The notes under the pieces were generated by a model. That model saw only the letters and a list, made by a program, of their open reading frames with translations. It did no database searches and was not told the origin of the DNA. Made by a program: the position numbers and the translations under genes. Shown one piece after another: positions 50,528 to 60,963 of a stretch of 64,000 nucleotides of DNA. Source of the DNA: Narcine bancroftii (lineage: Eukaryota); contig NC_091469.1 of NCBI RefSeq assembly GCF_036971445.1, forward strand, positions 157,542,001 through 157,606,000, read 5' to 3'. How positions within the stretch are numbered: position 1 is the stretch's first letter; every line of letters begins with the position of its first letter.

Positions 50528-52070
50528 TCACTGTGGGCAATATTGCTCCTCCTCTGTCAGCAAAGGGAATTGTCTCTTTGGAGCTAAAGCCGCATGGGGT
50601 GCCTGATGTACCGGGGGTGGCACTGACGATCTCTGGGGCTGGACCCAATGCTCATTTTGTGGTGGTCCATATCCCCTTCCCCCAGTGTCCCGAGGATCCC
50701 AAGCCAGGGGGCAGTCTCTCTTCCAGTGTCCTGGCTGACCGCATACAAAACATACGGCTGGTTGCATTCGTGGAGCACCCCGACCTCTCCCTCTTACTCG
50801 GAATCCCCCCCATTGGACCTCCCATTCTGGCCACATAGGTGGGACCCGGTGCCCAATATGGGGCCGGGTGCCAACTCATATTATTCCCTTGTGGTGGCTG
50901 CGTTGGCTGCTGAATCATCTGGTTCGCACCCTTTGAGGAAATCTTTTTTGCCTCGTTTGCCTTTTTTCTAGCCTCTTCCAATTGAAGCTTAAGGAGTTGC
51001 ACTTGTGCCGACTCCATAGTATGTTTGTCCTCCTTTTGCTTAGCCCTGTAACGTTTCATGTGATGGGTCAAATGTTTTTCCCATTGCTCACTCGAGCAGC
51101 CAGGAATATCAGGGTTATTCTCTAATGCCTCCCTAACTACAGCTGGCAGTCCACTCGTTACTGCAGCCCTAAAGAGTGTAGTCTGCAAGGGATCTGTGGC
51201 TGGGTGTACTCCTGCTTTATCAGTCCAACTCTCCTTACACTGACTCCAAAAGGTCAAGATCTCCTCATCCTCTGACTCCTTTTGTCGATTGTGAGGAGTG
51301 GGGGTGAGTGATCCTCTGACATTCCTACCGAGATGGCATTCTCAAGTGTCTGTTCTTGCTCTCTCTCATTTGTTTTTTCCAGTTGCATACTAGTTTCCCT
51401 TACTTTACATACATTCTGTATTTCCTTTGTTAACTCCTTCATTTCCTCCACCCTTTCCTGCATAACTCTCTTAAGTCTCTCCTTCGCCTCCTGGAGTTCG
51501 TGACCTGCTAATTCAGTGACATTCACTATTCCCTCATTTATCTGCATCACTGGCATCTGGGGAATAGGATAAGGTGGTGGCAATGTCTCTGGTAACTTTG
51601 GATATAGCAGGGCTGACGGCTTAACCTCCCCCGTTTTCTCCTTTATGATAGGGGTCCCTTTTTAATATTATGTTGAAGGTTCGCTTCCACAGCCATGCAA
51701 GCCAATGTGATAATGTGTAAATCTGCCCTTCTCTGTTCCTTCACTTCTCTCTGTTGTTTAAACCTTCTTCTATTCCATACAGATCCTTGTCCTTTTGCCT
51801 CATGTTCCTGTACCTCCTTGGCTGCTTCCCTCTCTGCTTCTCCTAAGTACAGTACCAGCCGGATTTTTTCAAACCCTCGTGGTACCTTCCCCTGACTCTG
51901 CAGCTCTCTCCATATCTGTTCGTACCGTGCCATAGCCTGTACCTCCTCTCCCTTCGGTAATCCTCCCAGTAATTGATTCCTTGTTTTTTCCCACTGTCAG
52001 TTTACAGATGGGGGAACTCCTCTGTCTCCCCCGAGCTCTTGCCCTACATCCCTATTTACTCCTTCCATCT
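50528..52070 (-). pseudogene. gag: ERV-C gag
   Basis: PPPY late domain and CFVCGQPGHWKRDC zinc knuckle; internal deletion near 51255. Confidence 0.85.
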
Positions 52071-52189
52071 CCGTTCTGATCTTTAACCCTTTAGACTTCG
52101 TACTTCACTGGGTCTCTCCCCTGGTAGGATTTTGACACCCTGCAATCTACTTCGTCCCTTCCCACGTTATTATAAACACCAGCAGCACA

Positions 52190-52490
52190 CTACACACGAT
52201 CCTTAAACAAATACTTATTATAAACTATTATGATACACTAGACGATTCCTAAACAGATACTTATCCACTATAGAAGCAAATAACTATAAAACAATACACC
52301 TTATACAGATACTGATTATACACTACTATGGTATACGATCCTTAATCAAATACTTATTACACACTATAAAAACAAATAACCATCACAATGCACCTTATAC
52401 AGATACTTATACACTACTATGGTACACGATCCTTAATCAAATACTTATTACACACTATAGAAGCAAATAACCATCACCATACACCTTATT
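52190..52490. repeat. Imperfect ~90-bp tandem repeat in the ERV-C leader
   Basis: About 3 copies of acactactatggtacacgatccttaatcaaatacttatt...caccttatacagatact. Confidence 0.8.
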
Positions 52491-52593
52491 CTAATTTGCC
52501 AAGTGTCTAAAGCTATCTCTCGAGATCGCTACGAGGGGACTCCAACCCCGTTCTACTAGGAGGACTCCAACCCCCTTTCTGCTAGGAGGACTC

Positions 52594-53281
52594 TGTTAGG
52601 AATTAAAGTACCTTTAAAGAAATTGCTCGAGACAAAAATTGAGAACAAAGAACATTTATTACTACAACAATGCAAAGTTGGGTGCTTCCCCTTACCCTGG
52701 GAATACACACACATACTGGGGCTCACCCAACTTTTATACAGTCAATTTCAGTATCAGAATGCCCTCCCCCTTACATTCTTCTGCCCCCTGGATGGGTTTG
52801 GCATAGGTAATTCTTCCTGCCTACGTGCAGTTTCAGTACACTTGGAGGACCAGGGGGTATCCTGTGGGTGCCCCATCATGTCATTGTCCTTATTCACACC
52901 TTCCTGATTCTCTGGGCTACAGTCTCTTGATATGCAGAGTTGACTCATTCTATCTAGGGTTGGCTAATTTCATATGTATAAATCTGTGTATGGTTAGCTA
53001 ATTAGAAATGTATGACTTGGTACTTCTGTCCAGGGCTAGGAGACCCTTATCTGATCCAGACTACCTCACTTCCTACATTCTATTGTACCTTACCATTCCT
53101 TATCTTAGTCCTATGGTCTTGTCACAAAGGCTAGAAGATTCTTATGTTAATCGTGCTGACTCTGCTTTCCTGCATCCTAAGCCCCAGGCTTATCCTGTTT
53201 GAACTGGTTTCAGCCATTTTACTGATGAACTTTAGTTTCTTCCATGTTCATAATTTTAGGTCAATTTTCCCATCTCTCACA
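52594..53281 (-). repeat. ERV-A 3' LTR
   Basis: TG...CA termini; PPT at 53282-53299; about 2 differences from the 5' LTR by eye. Confidence 0.97.
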
Positions 53282-53459
53282 ATCCTCACTTTTCTTTTAG
53301 ATCAGTAATACTGATCTTTCACCATGATCAGTGTTACTGATCTTTGGTTACTAGTGTCAGTGTGACTGATCCCCCCCCCCCCCTCTCCTCACTTTTCTTT
53401 TAGATCAGTAACACTGATCTTTCAAGTGTAAGGTGTAGTTTTACCCAGCTGGTCAATAA

Positions 53460-54245
53460 CCGAATTGTAATGTCTGTGTAAAGTCTTTAGGTAGGGGAGC
53501 ACCATGAAGGTCAGGGTAGTGAGTCCAGCTGCTTATTAGGGTTTGGAGTATCAGGCTCCAGTTCTCAGTAAAGAGTCTAGTCCATCCCATACGTTGAAAT
53601 ATTGAAGCAGTGTCTTTGAAGCATACGACCTTTGTAAGTGTTGTCCCGACGAAGTCTGTGAGAGACGCTGCCTTCAGCAGCGAACAAGTAGCAGTCTATG
53701 AGAAGCGCTGCCTTCAGCAGCGAACGAGTAGCAGTAGTCAGGCGGTTCCGTTTGATTGTGGCTCGTATCTGATGTCCTCTTCAGCCCCGAACCCTAGGGC
53801 CACCGATCTACGAGGGCTGTCTGGAGCCTGATATTAAAGTGTTAAGCAGCTCACATTGTTGGTAACTGGTGCTCCCTTTCATGGGGTGATGAAAAGTGAC
53901 CAAGCTGGGGGGGATTGTTTCTTGTGGTTTAACTGTGTGTTGCCGCTTGTCTGCTAACATTAGCATATGTATCATCTCTCTCTCTCTCTGCTACATGTAC
54001 AATCCTGACTACCATTCCGTCTGTCTTTGTCCCACCATGTCCTTTGTGCTATCGCCTCAAAACTCTTGTCTCTAATACCTGTGTAGGCTATGATACAAAT
54101 TAGATGTACTCCACTAAAGCTGTTTAATTCCCCTGGTCCGTATTGGGATCCCTTATATCCCATTATGACTATACATTAAATCTATGCCCTGTCTACATTC
54201 TAAAGGAGCTGAATTGTAACCTCTGCTGCCCCTATTCCAGGGGGG
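53460..54245 (-). pseudogene. env: ERV-A degenerate env remnant
   Basis: Collinear similarity to ERV-B 42000-42970, including a duplicated LLAAEGS-coding segment at 53665-53730. No long ORF. Confidence 0.7.
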
Positions 54246-54297
54246 CTTAAAACATTAACGAACAATATTCCAAAGAAATTAGTAAACAACAATGAAC

Positions 54298-54654
54298 AAT
54301 ACATGTAAAGCTCATTAAAAAAAAACAGCAATAAAAGACAACAAGAACTGAATTAACCACAATAAATGTAAAGCTCATTGAAAACAGCATTAAAATACAA
54401 TAAGAACTGAATAAAACCACAATAAATGTAAAGCTCATTGAAAACCGCAATAAAATACAATAAGAACTGAATAAAACCACAATAAATGTAAAGCTCATTG
54501 AAAACAGCATTAAAATACAATAAGAACTGAATAAAACCACAATAAATGTAAAGCTCATTGAAAACAGCATTAAAATACAATAAGAACTGAATAAAACCAC
54601 AATAAATGTAAAGCTCATTGAAAACTGCAATAAAATACAAAAATAACTGAATAA
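54298..54654. repeat. 60-bp tandem repeat (~6 units) just downstream of ERV-A pol
   Basis: Unit aataaatgtaaagctcattgaaaacagcattaaaatacaataagaactgaataaaaccac at 54361, 54421, 54481, 54541 and 54601 (partial), plus one diverged unit. Confidence 0.95.
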
Positions 54655-54672
54655 TCAAAAAAACAAGTAACA

Positions 54673-57600
54673 TTACGGCACTTTGTCACGGCGCAGTGTA
54701 AGTTTCAGGTCTGATGGATGAGGAACTGCACGCCAGGTTGGGGTTTGAATCTGTGTGTCGTGGTGTTGTGGTTCAGAAGCTGGTTTAACCCTTTGAATGT
54801 GGGTCCAGCCTTTCTCTCTTGTTCTTACTGCGGTGTCTGTAATTAAAAGTACACAGAAGGGACCATCCCAGGCAGGTTTTAGTTGATCTTCTTGCCATGC
54901 TTTTACATAAACCCAATCACCAGGTTTAATAGAATGTATAGGAAAGTCTAAGGGTGGTGTTTGGGCTAAGAGTCCTTTTTGCTTTAAATCTTGGATGGAA
55001 GTAGAAAGTCCTCGTAAAAATTTAGAAATGTATTGGTCATTAGCTTCAGGAATGGGAGAATCAGTGTGATATCCCATAAATGGGAGTCCAAACATCATCT
55101 CATACGGTGAGACTGCGAGGTCTTTACGAGGTGCTGTCCTAATTCTAATCAGCGCTAACGGCAATGATTTAATCCAGGACAGACCAGTCTCTTCATGAAG
55201 TCGAGTGAGTTGGAGTTTCAATGTTTGATTCATACGCTCGACTCGCCCCGAACTTTGGGGATGCCATGGGGTATGTAGTTGCCATTCTATTCCTAAGCTC
55301 TTGCAGACACCCTGTAGAATCTTAGAGGTGAAATGCGTACCTCTATCTGAATCAATGGTCTGCATCATACCGTATCGTGGAATGACACATTCAATAAGTA
55401 TTCGGATGACAGTGTTGGCACGATCATTCGGGGTAGGAAAAGCTTCAACCCATCTTGTGAAATGATCAACCATGACAAGGAGAAATTTGTAAATGCCAGT
55501 CTTAGGAAGTTCAGTAAAGTCTATTTGTATGCGCTGGAACGGGCGAACGGCAATGTCGCGACCGCCAGGTATTACTTGGCGCATCGATTTCTTATTAACC
55601 CTTTGACAAATGGGACAAGATCGAGTAGCAGATTTAGTAATATTGTATATGCCAAGGCAGTGAAGGGAACGTGTAAAAGCATCTATAAGGGACTGGGTTC
55701 CCCAATGTGTTTGTTGATGTAACTGATCTATGATTTGGCGGGCTATGGCTTTGTTAATAACTTGCCGTCCGTCTACTGTCCACCACAACCCGTCGGCAGT
55801 CTGGCAAAATCCCTGATCTCTCATTGCAACCTCTTCTTCCCGTGTAAAGATGGGATTCTTTTTAATCTCTATTGGCGTGGGTAGTAGCTGGTATAAATGA
55901 ATCTTTTCTGCTAATGCCGCCTGTTTGGCAGCTGCATCAGCCTGCCTGTTTCCTCTAGCTTCAGGACTGTTACCAGTCTGATGTCCACGCACATGTACAA
56001 TGGCAATATCGGACGGGAGTGCTAAAGCCTCCAGGGATTGGGTGATTAACTGTTCGTGAGCTAACTTTTGTCCTTTGCCAGTTATCATCCCTCTTTCCTT
56101 CCATATCTTACCGAAGGTGTGGACTACCCCAAAAGCATATTTAGAATCAGTGTAGATCGTTCCTACCTTGTTTTCTAGTTCGTGGAGTGCTCTACAGAGG
56201 GCATATAACTCACAGGATTGTGCTGACCAATGGCCGGGGAGGCGACCAGCTTCGATCACAAGTTCCTGTTTACCGTCCACTACGCTATACCCGCTATAGC
56301 GGGTACCTGCAATACAACGTGAAGAACCATCAATAAACAGTTTTTCCCCTTCAGTTAAAGGGACATCGGTTAGGTCTTCCCTAATTTTTGTTTGTAAGTC
56401 GATAACCTCTGAGCACGAATGTTCTAAACTGTCCAAAGGCTGGTCATTAGCTGGGGAGATGAGGAATGCTGCTGGGTTGAGAGTTTTGGTTGTAATTAAG
56501 GTCAAATCATTGCTGTCCATTAATATCGTTTCGTATTTTAGGATTCTCGAATCCGTGAGCCACCTTCCAGCCCGCTGTAATAGAATATTGCGGACTGTAT
56601 GAGGGGTATGCACTGTCATAGGGGCACCGAAAGTAATCTTTCGTCCTTCCTCCACCAAAATTGCAGTGGCTGCGACGGCTTGTATACATTCTGGCCAGCC
56701 GCGACAAACGGGGTCTAAAAGCTTTGACAGGAAAGCCACTGGTTGTCTATAGCCAGCCTTGCTCTCTGTGAGCACGCCGGTGGCTGTTCCAGCTTTGGTA
56801 TTAGTGTACAAATCAAAGGTTTTGTTTAGATCTGGCAACGCTAAAACTGGGGCACTCGTTAGGCATCGTTTAACAAAGTTGAATTTTTCAATCTCTTCAT
56901 CCGTCCAGTCAAGGGTTTGGGGTGTTATACTGGAAATCTTATCATAAAGAAATTTGACCAGAATCGAATAATTCTCTATCCATATTCTACAGAATCCCAC
57001 TAACCCAAGGAATTTCCTGAGTTCTTGAGTATTTTTGGGAGGGGGGATCTGTATAATACCAGTTATTCTTTCTGGGCTAATTTTCCTGGTTCCTTGACTA
57101 ACTAGATGACCTAAGTATTTGACCTCAGTTTGCACAAATTGTAATTTAGACTCACTGACTCTCAGACCTTTCTTCTCCAGAAAGTTTAAAAGTGCCACTG
57201 TAAAATCTTTAGCTAATTCCTGTGTTCTTGCAGTAATTAGCAAGTCATCCACATACTGTATGAGTTGGCAATTTTCTATCTTAGGAGCTTCATCTAGTAC
57301 CCGCTCTAAGACTTGACCAAATAAATTGGGCGATTCGGTAAAGCCTTGGGGAAGGACTGTCCACCGGTATTGGTTTTTACGGCCAGTAAAGGGGTTCTCC
57401 CATTCAAAGGCGAACATGTCTCTGCTTTCTGTGGCCAATGGACAAGTCCAGAATGCATCCTTTAAATCAATGACACTAAACCATTGATTATGGGGGTCAA
57501 TTTTACTCATGATGGTATACGGGTTGGGTACAACCGGGTGACGGGCAAGAATGAATTTGTTAAGCTCCCTCATGTCCTGTACTAGGCGGTAAGTGCCGTC

Positions 57601-58221
57601 TGGCTTTTGAACAGGTAAAATCGGGGTATTAAAGGGAGACATACAGGGTTCGAGTATACCGTCTTGAATCAACTGGTCAATTACGGGCTGTAAGCCTTTC
57701 CGGCCGGCTATCGGAATTGGGTACTGTTTCTGTCTAACAATTCGTTGAGGATCTTTTAGCGTGACTTGTAGCGGAGGAATATCAAGGATTCCTCTATTTC
57801 CCTTCCCTGCCCATACTCTTGGATTTATTAGTTTGCGATCTTCTTCGTTTAAAACATAGAATTGAACTCCAATGCCTGATTGTAGAGGTCGAGTACCGAT
57901 AGCCAATTGGTCCTGTAGATCCCTCCCTAGCAAGCATACTCCGGCTTGGGGAAGTAATAGAAGATCCTCAGTTATGATCTTATCTCCCATTTGAATACTG
58001 ACTTCTCGCAATACTGGGACTGGAAAGTCTCTACCTCCTACCCCAGAAACTGTGACTGTCCCTTCTATTTTCACCCCCTTCGGTTGGTATAGAACGCTAG
58101 ATCGGGCAGCTCCAGAATCGACCAGAAATGTCATCTTATCCCTGTGAGGTCCTATGCATAAATTAACTAACGGTTCTCCTTGCAGCCCCACGGTATGTAT
58201 TAATTGAGAACCGTGACCCCC
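54673..58221 (-). CDS. pol: ERV-A Pol (PR-RT-RNase H-IN), expressed by readthrough of the gag UAG
   Basis: Open frame with FLVDSGA, LPQG, YVDD, FIDGS, YTDS, HHCC, D-D-E (IDFT, IDSDRG, VERMN) and WDGPF. In frame with gag across a single TAG. Confidence 0.96.
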   Translation of the reverse strand, partial: GGHGSQLIHTVGLQGEPLVNLCIGPHRDKMTFLVDSGAARSSVLYQPKGVKIEGTVTVSGVGGRDFPVPVLREVSIQMGDKIITEDLLLLPQAGVCLLGRDLQDQLAIGTRPLQSGIGVQFYVLNEEDRKLINPRVWAGKGNRGILDIPPLQVTLKDPQRIVRQKQYPIPIAGRKGLQPVIDQLIQDGILEPCMSPFNTPILPVQKPDGTYRLVQDMRELNKFILARHPVVPNPYTIMSKIDPHNQWFSVIDLKDAFWTCPLATESRDMFAFEWENPFTGRKNQYRWTVLPQGFTESPNLFGQVLERVLDEAPKIENCQLIQYVDDLLITARTQELAKDFTVALLNFLEKKGLRVSESKLQFVQTEVKYLGHLVSQGTRKISPERITGIIQIPPPKNTQELRKFLGLVGFCRIWIENYSILVKFLYDKISSITPQTLDWTDEEIEKFNFVKRCLTSAPVLALPDLNKTFDLYTNTKAGTATGVLTESKAGYRQPVAFLSKLLDPVCRGWPECIQAVAATAILVEEGRKITFGAPMTVHTPHTVRNILLQRAGRWLTDSRILKYETILMDSNDLTLITTKTLNPAAFLISPANDQPLDSLEHSCSEVIDLQTKIREDLTDVPLTEGEKLFIDGSSRCIAGTRYSGYSVVDGKQELVIEAGRLPGHWSAQSCELYALCRALHELENKVGTIYTDSKYAFGVVHTFGKIWKERGMITGKGQKLAHEQLITQSLEALALPSDIAIVHVRGHQTGNSPEARGNRQADAAAKQAALAEKIHLYQLLPTPIEIKKNPIFTREEEVAMRDQGFCQTADGLWWTVDGRQVINKAIARQIIDQLHQQTHWGTQSLIDAFTRSLHCLGIYNITKSATRSCPICQRVNKKSMRQVIPGGRDIAVRPFQRIQIDFTELPKTGIYKFLLVMVDHFTRWVEAFPTPNDRANTVIRILIECVIPRYGMMQTIDSDRGTHFTSKILQGVCKSLGIEWQLHTPWHPQSSGRVERMNQTLKLQLTRLHEETGLSWIKSLPLALIRIRTAPRKDLAVSPYEMMFGLPFMGYHTDSPIPEANDQYISKFLRGLSTSIQDLKQKGLLAQTPPLDFPIHSIKPGDWVYVKAWQEDQLKPAWDGPFCVLLITDTAVRTREKGWTHIQRVKPASEPQHHDTQIQTPTWRAVPHPSDLKLTLRRDKVP

Positions 58222-59886
58222 CTATTCGTGATCAGCTTCCATCAAGGCATAGGAACGTGTGTCCATTGCTCGCAGTGGGCATTCCTTTTTAAAGTGCCCT
58301 TCCTTTTTACAATGAAAACAAATGAGGGGTCCCGTTTCCCAATCTTTCCCAAAATTTCTAGGGGGTATACGTCGTCCCCGGAATCCTCCTCTACTCCTCC
58401 ATCTGCTGGGGTCTCCACCTCCCCACCCTTGGCTCCCCTCTTTTTGGTGGTGGTCAGCTACTATTCCTTTAACTGTCTGTAATAGAATTTTAGCTTTCCC
58501 TTTTTGTTTATCCTCTGCCCTCTGTACAAATGCTCTCTGAGCAATCTGTAGTAACTGAGTAATTCCTTGCTCATGCCAATTTTCTGTCTTTTGTAACTTT
58601 CTTCGGATGTCTGGGGCTGAGTTGGTAACGAAACCCGTTAGAACCAATTGTTCCCCTGCTGGGGATTCTATGTCGAGACCCCCGTATTGCTGAATTGCCG
58701 TGCGCAGTCGATTGAGAAATGCAGAGGGGGTCTCCTCAGGACCTTGGGGAACCTCAAAGGCTTTTTTAAAGTTCTGTCCTTTGGGGACAGAATCCTTGAT
58801 TCCTCTGATCAAATTTATCCTATACTCCTCCATCAGTGTGCGGCCAGCACTGGTATTTTTGTCCCAATTAGGTTTTGTGAGAGGGAATTTGGCTTCTCCA
58901 GGGATCGCCTCGTGTCCCCCTTGGTGTTCCTTATCCCATGCTTTAATGCCTGCCTGTCGGATCATTCCCCGCTCATCTAAGGTAAACAAGGTTTTAAAAA
59001 TGGCTGTTAATTCCTCCCAAGTATACAAATTTGGTCCCAAAAATTGGTCTAACTGTTCGGCACATCCCTGGGGATCTTCTATCAGGGAGATTAATTCTTT
59101 CTTAAAATTACGTACTTCAGTGCTGGTCAGGGGCACATTTACGAACCCAAGACCTTCTCCTACGGGAACCTCCCGTAGGGGTCGCATCCAGCTAATTTCT
59201 GGTTTCTTTGATTTGTTTTCCTGTTCCCTGAGGAATACATCGCAAGGTTCTGCCACTTCTTCCTGAGGGGTCTCACGCTGTTCGGAGTAACAATGCTCTA
59301 CCTCTACTGTTAACGGGGGTGGTAATCGAGCGCTTTGTGAGCGAGTCACCATACCACTCCGGTTCTCCTCTCTCTTCTCTAGTGGTATGGGAGGAGGAGG
59401 GGGAGGTGCAGAAGGGTAGGCAATAGGAGGGGGAGGAAAGATAGGAGTTGGCATAGGAGGAACATAGGGTGGAGGGAGGGAATGTAACACATCCCAACCC
59501 TGTGGTTCAGGGACAAGAGGTTCCTCCTCTCTCTTATTCCTGAATTCTTTCTCATTCAAAACCAGCTGTTCAATGGATCCCTTGAGCCAGCAGGCTGCAT
59601 ATTCCCTGATCTCAACATTGTCTGGCTGGTTTTGATAGAGCCATAAGTTCAAAGCTTCACACATCCATTCATCCTCGGATCCGAATTTTGGCCAGTACAC
59701 GGAGCTCCCTTTAACCGGGTATCTCACCCATTCATTACAACAATACCTGACCATCGTCAGTTTGTCTTTACCGCGGGTCTTTCCTGTGCCCCACTCAGAT
59801 AACATCAACCCAAGCGGGCTGTACGTAGCTATCTGGTGGTCACGTCCTGTGTCAGGACTCTCATCTCTACTGCCCGCTATTCCCAT
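58222..59886 (-). CDS. gag: ERV-A Gag
   Basis: MG start (possible myristoylation), PPPY and PSAP late domains, MHR QGPEETPSAFLNRL, single CFHCKKEGHFKKEC knuckle, TAG stop. Confidence 0.96.
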   Translation of the reverse strand: MGIAGSRDESPDTGRDHQIATYSPLGLMLSEWGTGKTRGKDKLTMVRYCCNEWVRYPVKGSSVYWPKFGSEDEWMCEALNLWLYQNQPDNVEIREYAACWLKGSIEQLVLNEKEFRNKREEEPLVPEPQGWDVLHSLPPPYVPPMPTPIFPPPPIAYPSAPPPPPPIPLEKREENRSGMVTRSQSARLPPPLTVEVEHCYSEQRETPQEEVAEPCDVFLREQENKSKKPEISWMRPLREVPVGEGLGFVNVPLTSTEVRNFKKELISLIEDPQGCAEQLDQFLGPNLYTWEELTAIFKTLFTLDERGMIRQAGIKAWDKEHQGGHEAIPGEAKFPLTKPNWDKNTSAGRTLMEEYRINLIRGIKDSVPKGQNFKKAFEVPQGPEETPSAFLNRLRTAIQQYGGLDIESPAGEQLVLTGFVTNSAPDIRRKLQKTENWHEQGITQLLQIAQRAFVQRAEDKQKGKAKILLQTVKGIVADHHQKEGSQGWGGGDPSRWRSRGGFRGRRIPPRNFGKDWETGPLICFHCKKEGHFKKECPLRAMDTRSYALMEADHE

Positions 59887-59906
59887 GCTTAGGAACAAGT
59901 AAAATA

Positions 59907-59916
59907 CTCTTACCGA
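59907..59916 (-). promoter_or_regulatory. Probable major splice donor in the ERV-A leader
   Basis: TCG|GTAAGAG just upstream of the gag ATG; conserved in ERV-B near 63960. Confidence 0.6.
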
Positions 59917-60090
59917 GTTCTGGCAGTACTGCTCTAGCGCGCGTCCTTCCGCCGTTTGTTCTCAATGCCTCTTCTCGGATATCACTCGCTTCTTCCACTG
60001 ACCAGCCACCCGTCGCCCGTGAGTCCAGCTGAATCAGCCGGGGTGCACCTACTCTCGTCGTCGGGGCACTCTGTCAGTGGAGGGAGTGTG

Positions 60091-60108
60091 ATCCCGGACG
60101 AGCCCCCA
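60091..60108 (-). promoter_or_regulatory. Primer-binding site, tRNA-Pro
   Basis: TGGGGGCTCGTCCGGGAT, 2 nt from the 5' LTR; the canonical tRNA-Pro PBS. Confidence 0.97.
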
Positions 60109-60110
60109 TT

Positions 60111-60798
60111 TGTTAGGAATTAAAGTACCTTTAAAGAAATTGCTCGAGACAAAAATTGAGAACAAAGAACATTTATTACTACAACAATGCAAAGTTGGGT
60201 GCTTCCCCTTACCCTGGGAATACACACACATACTGGGGCTCACCCAACTTTTATACAGTCAATTTCAGTATCAGAATGCCCTCCCCCTTACATTCTTCTG
60301 CCCCCTGGATGGGTTTGGCATAGGTAATTCTTCCTGCCTACGTGCAGTTTCAGTACACTTGGAGGACCAGGGGGTATCCTGTGGGTGCCCCATCATGTCA
60401 TTGTCCTTATTCACACCTTCCTGATTCTCTGGGCTACAGTCTCTTGATATGCAGAGTTGACTCATTCTATCTAGGGTTGGCTAATTTCATATGTATAAAT
60501 CTGTGTATGGTTAGCTAATTAGAAATGTATGACTTGGTACTTCTGTCCAGGGCTAGGAGACCCTTATCTGATCCAGACTACCTCACTTCCTACATTCTAT
60601 TGTACCTTACCATTCCTTATCTTAGTCCTATGGTCTTGTCACAAAGGCTAGAAGATTCTTATGTTAATCGTGCTGACTCTGCTTTCCTGCATCCTAAGCC
60701 CCAAGCTTATCCTGTTTGAACTGGTTTCAGCCATTTTACTGATGAACTTTAGTTTCTTCCATGTTCACAATTTTAGGTCAATTTTCCCATCTCTCACA
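60111..60798 (-). repeat. ERV-A 5' LTR
   Basis: TG...CA termini; TATAAAA near 60250 and AATAAA at 60172-60177 on the minus strand. Confidence 0.97.
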
Positions 60799-60963
60799 AC
60801 TCCAACCCCCTTTTACTACAGGGGACTCCAACCCCATTCTACTAGGAGGACTCCAACCCCCTTCTACTACAGGGGACTCCAACCCCGTTCTACTAGGAGG
60901 ACTCCAACCCCCTTCTACTACAGGGGACTCCAACCCCGTTCTACTAGGGGGACTCCAACCCCC
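60799..60963. repeat. 51-bp tandem repeat of the ERV-C leader (continues at 52535-52593)
   Basis: Unit ggggactccaaccccgttctactaggaggactccaacccccttctactaca, split by the ERV-A insertion. Confidence 0.9.

Larger units (their letters stand above)
52594..60798 (-). mobile_element. ERV-A: young provirus with intact gag-pol and no functional env, nested in the ERV-C leader
   Basis: 688-bp LTRs at 52594-53281 and 60111-60798, perfect TSD ACTC, tRNA-Pro PBS, PPT, open gag (554 aa from ATG 59886) and open pol. Confidence 0.97.

Noticed and set aside
54298-54654. CRISPR-like appearance of the 60-bp and 51-bp arrays
   Set aside because: Head-to-tail repeats with no unique spacers, inside a vertebrate ERV, with no cas genes.
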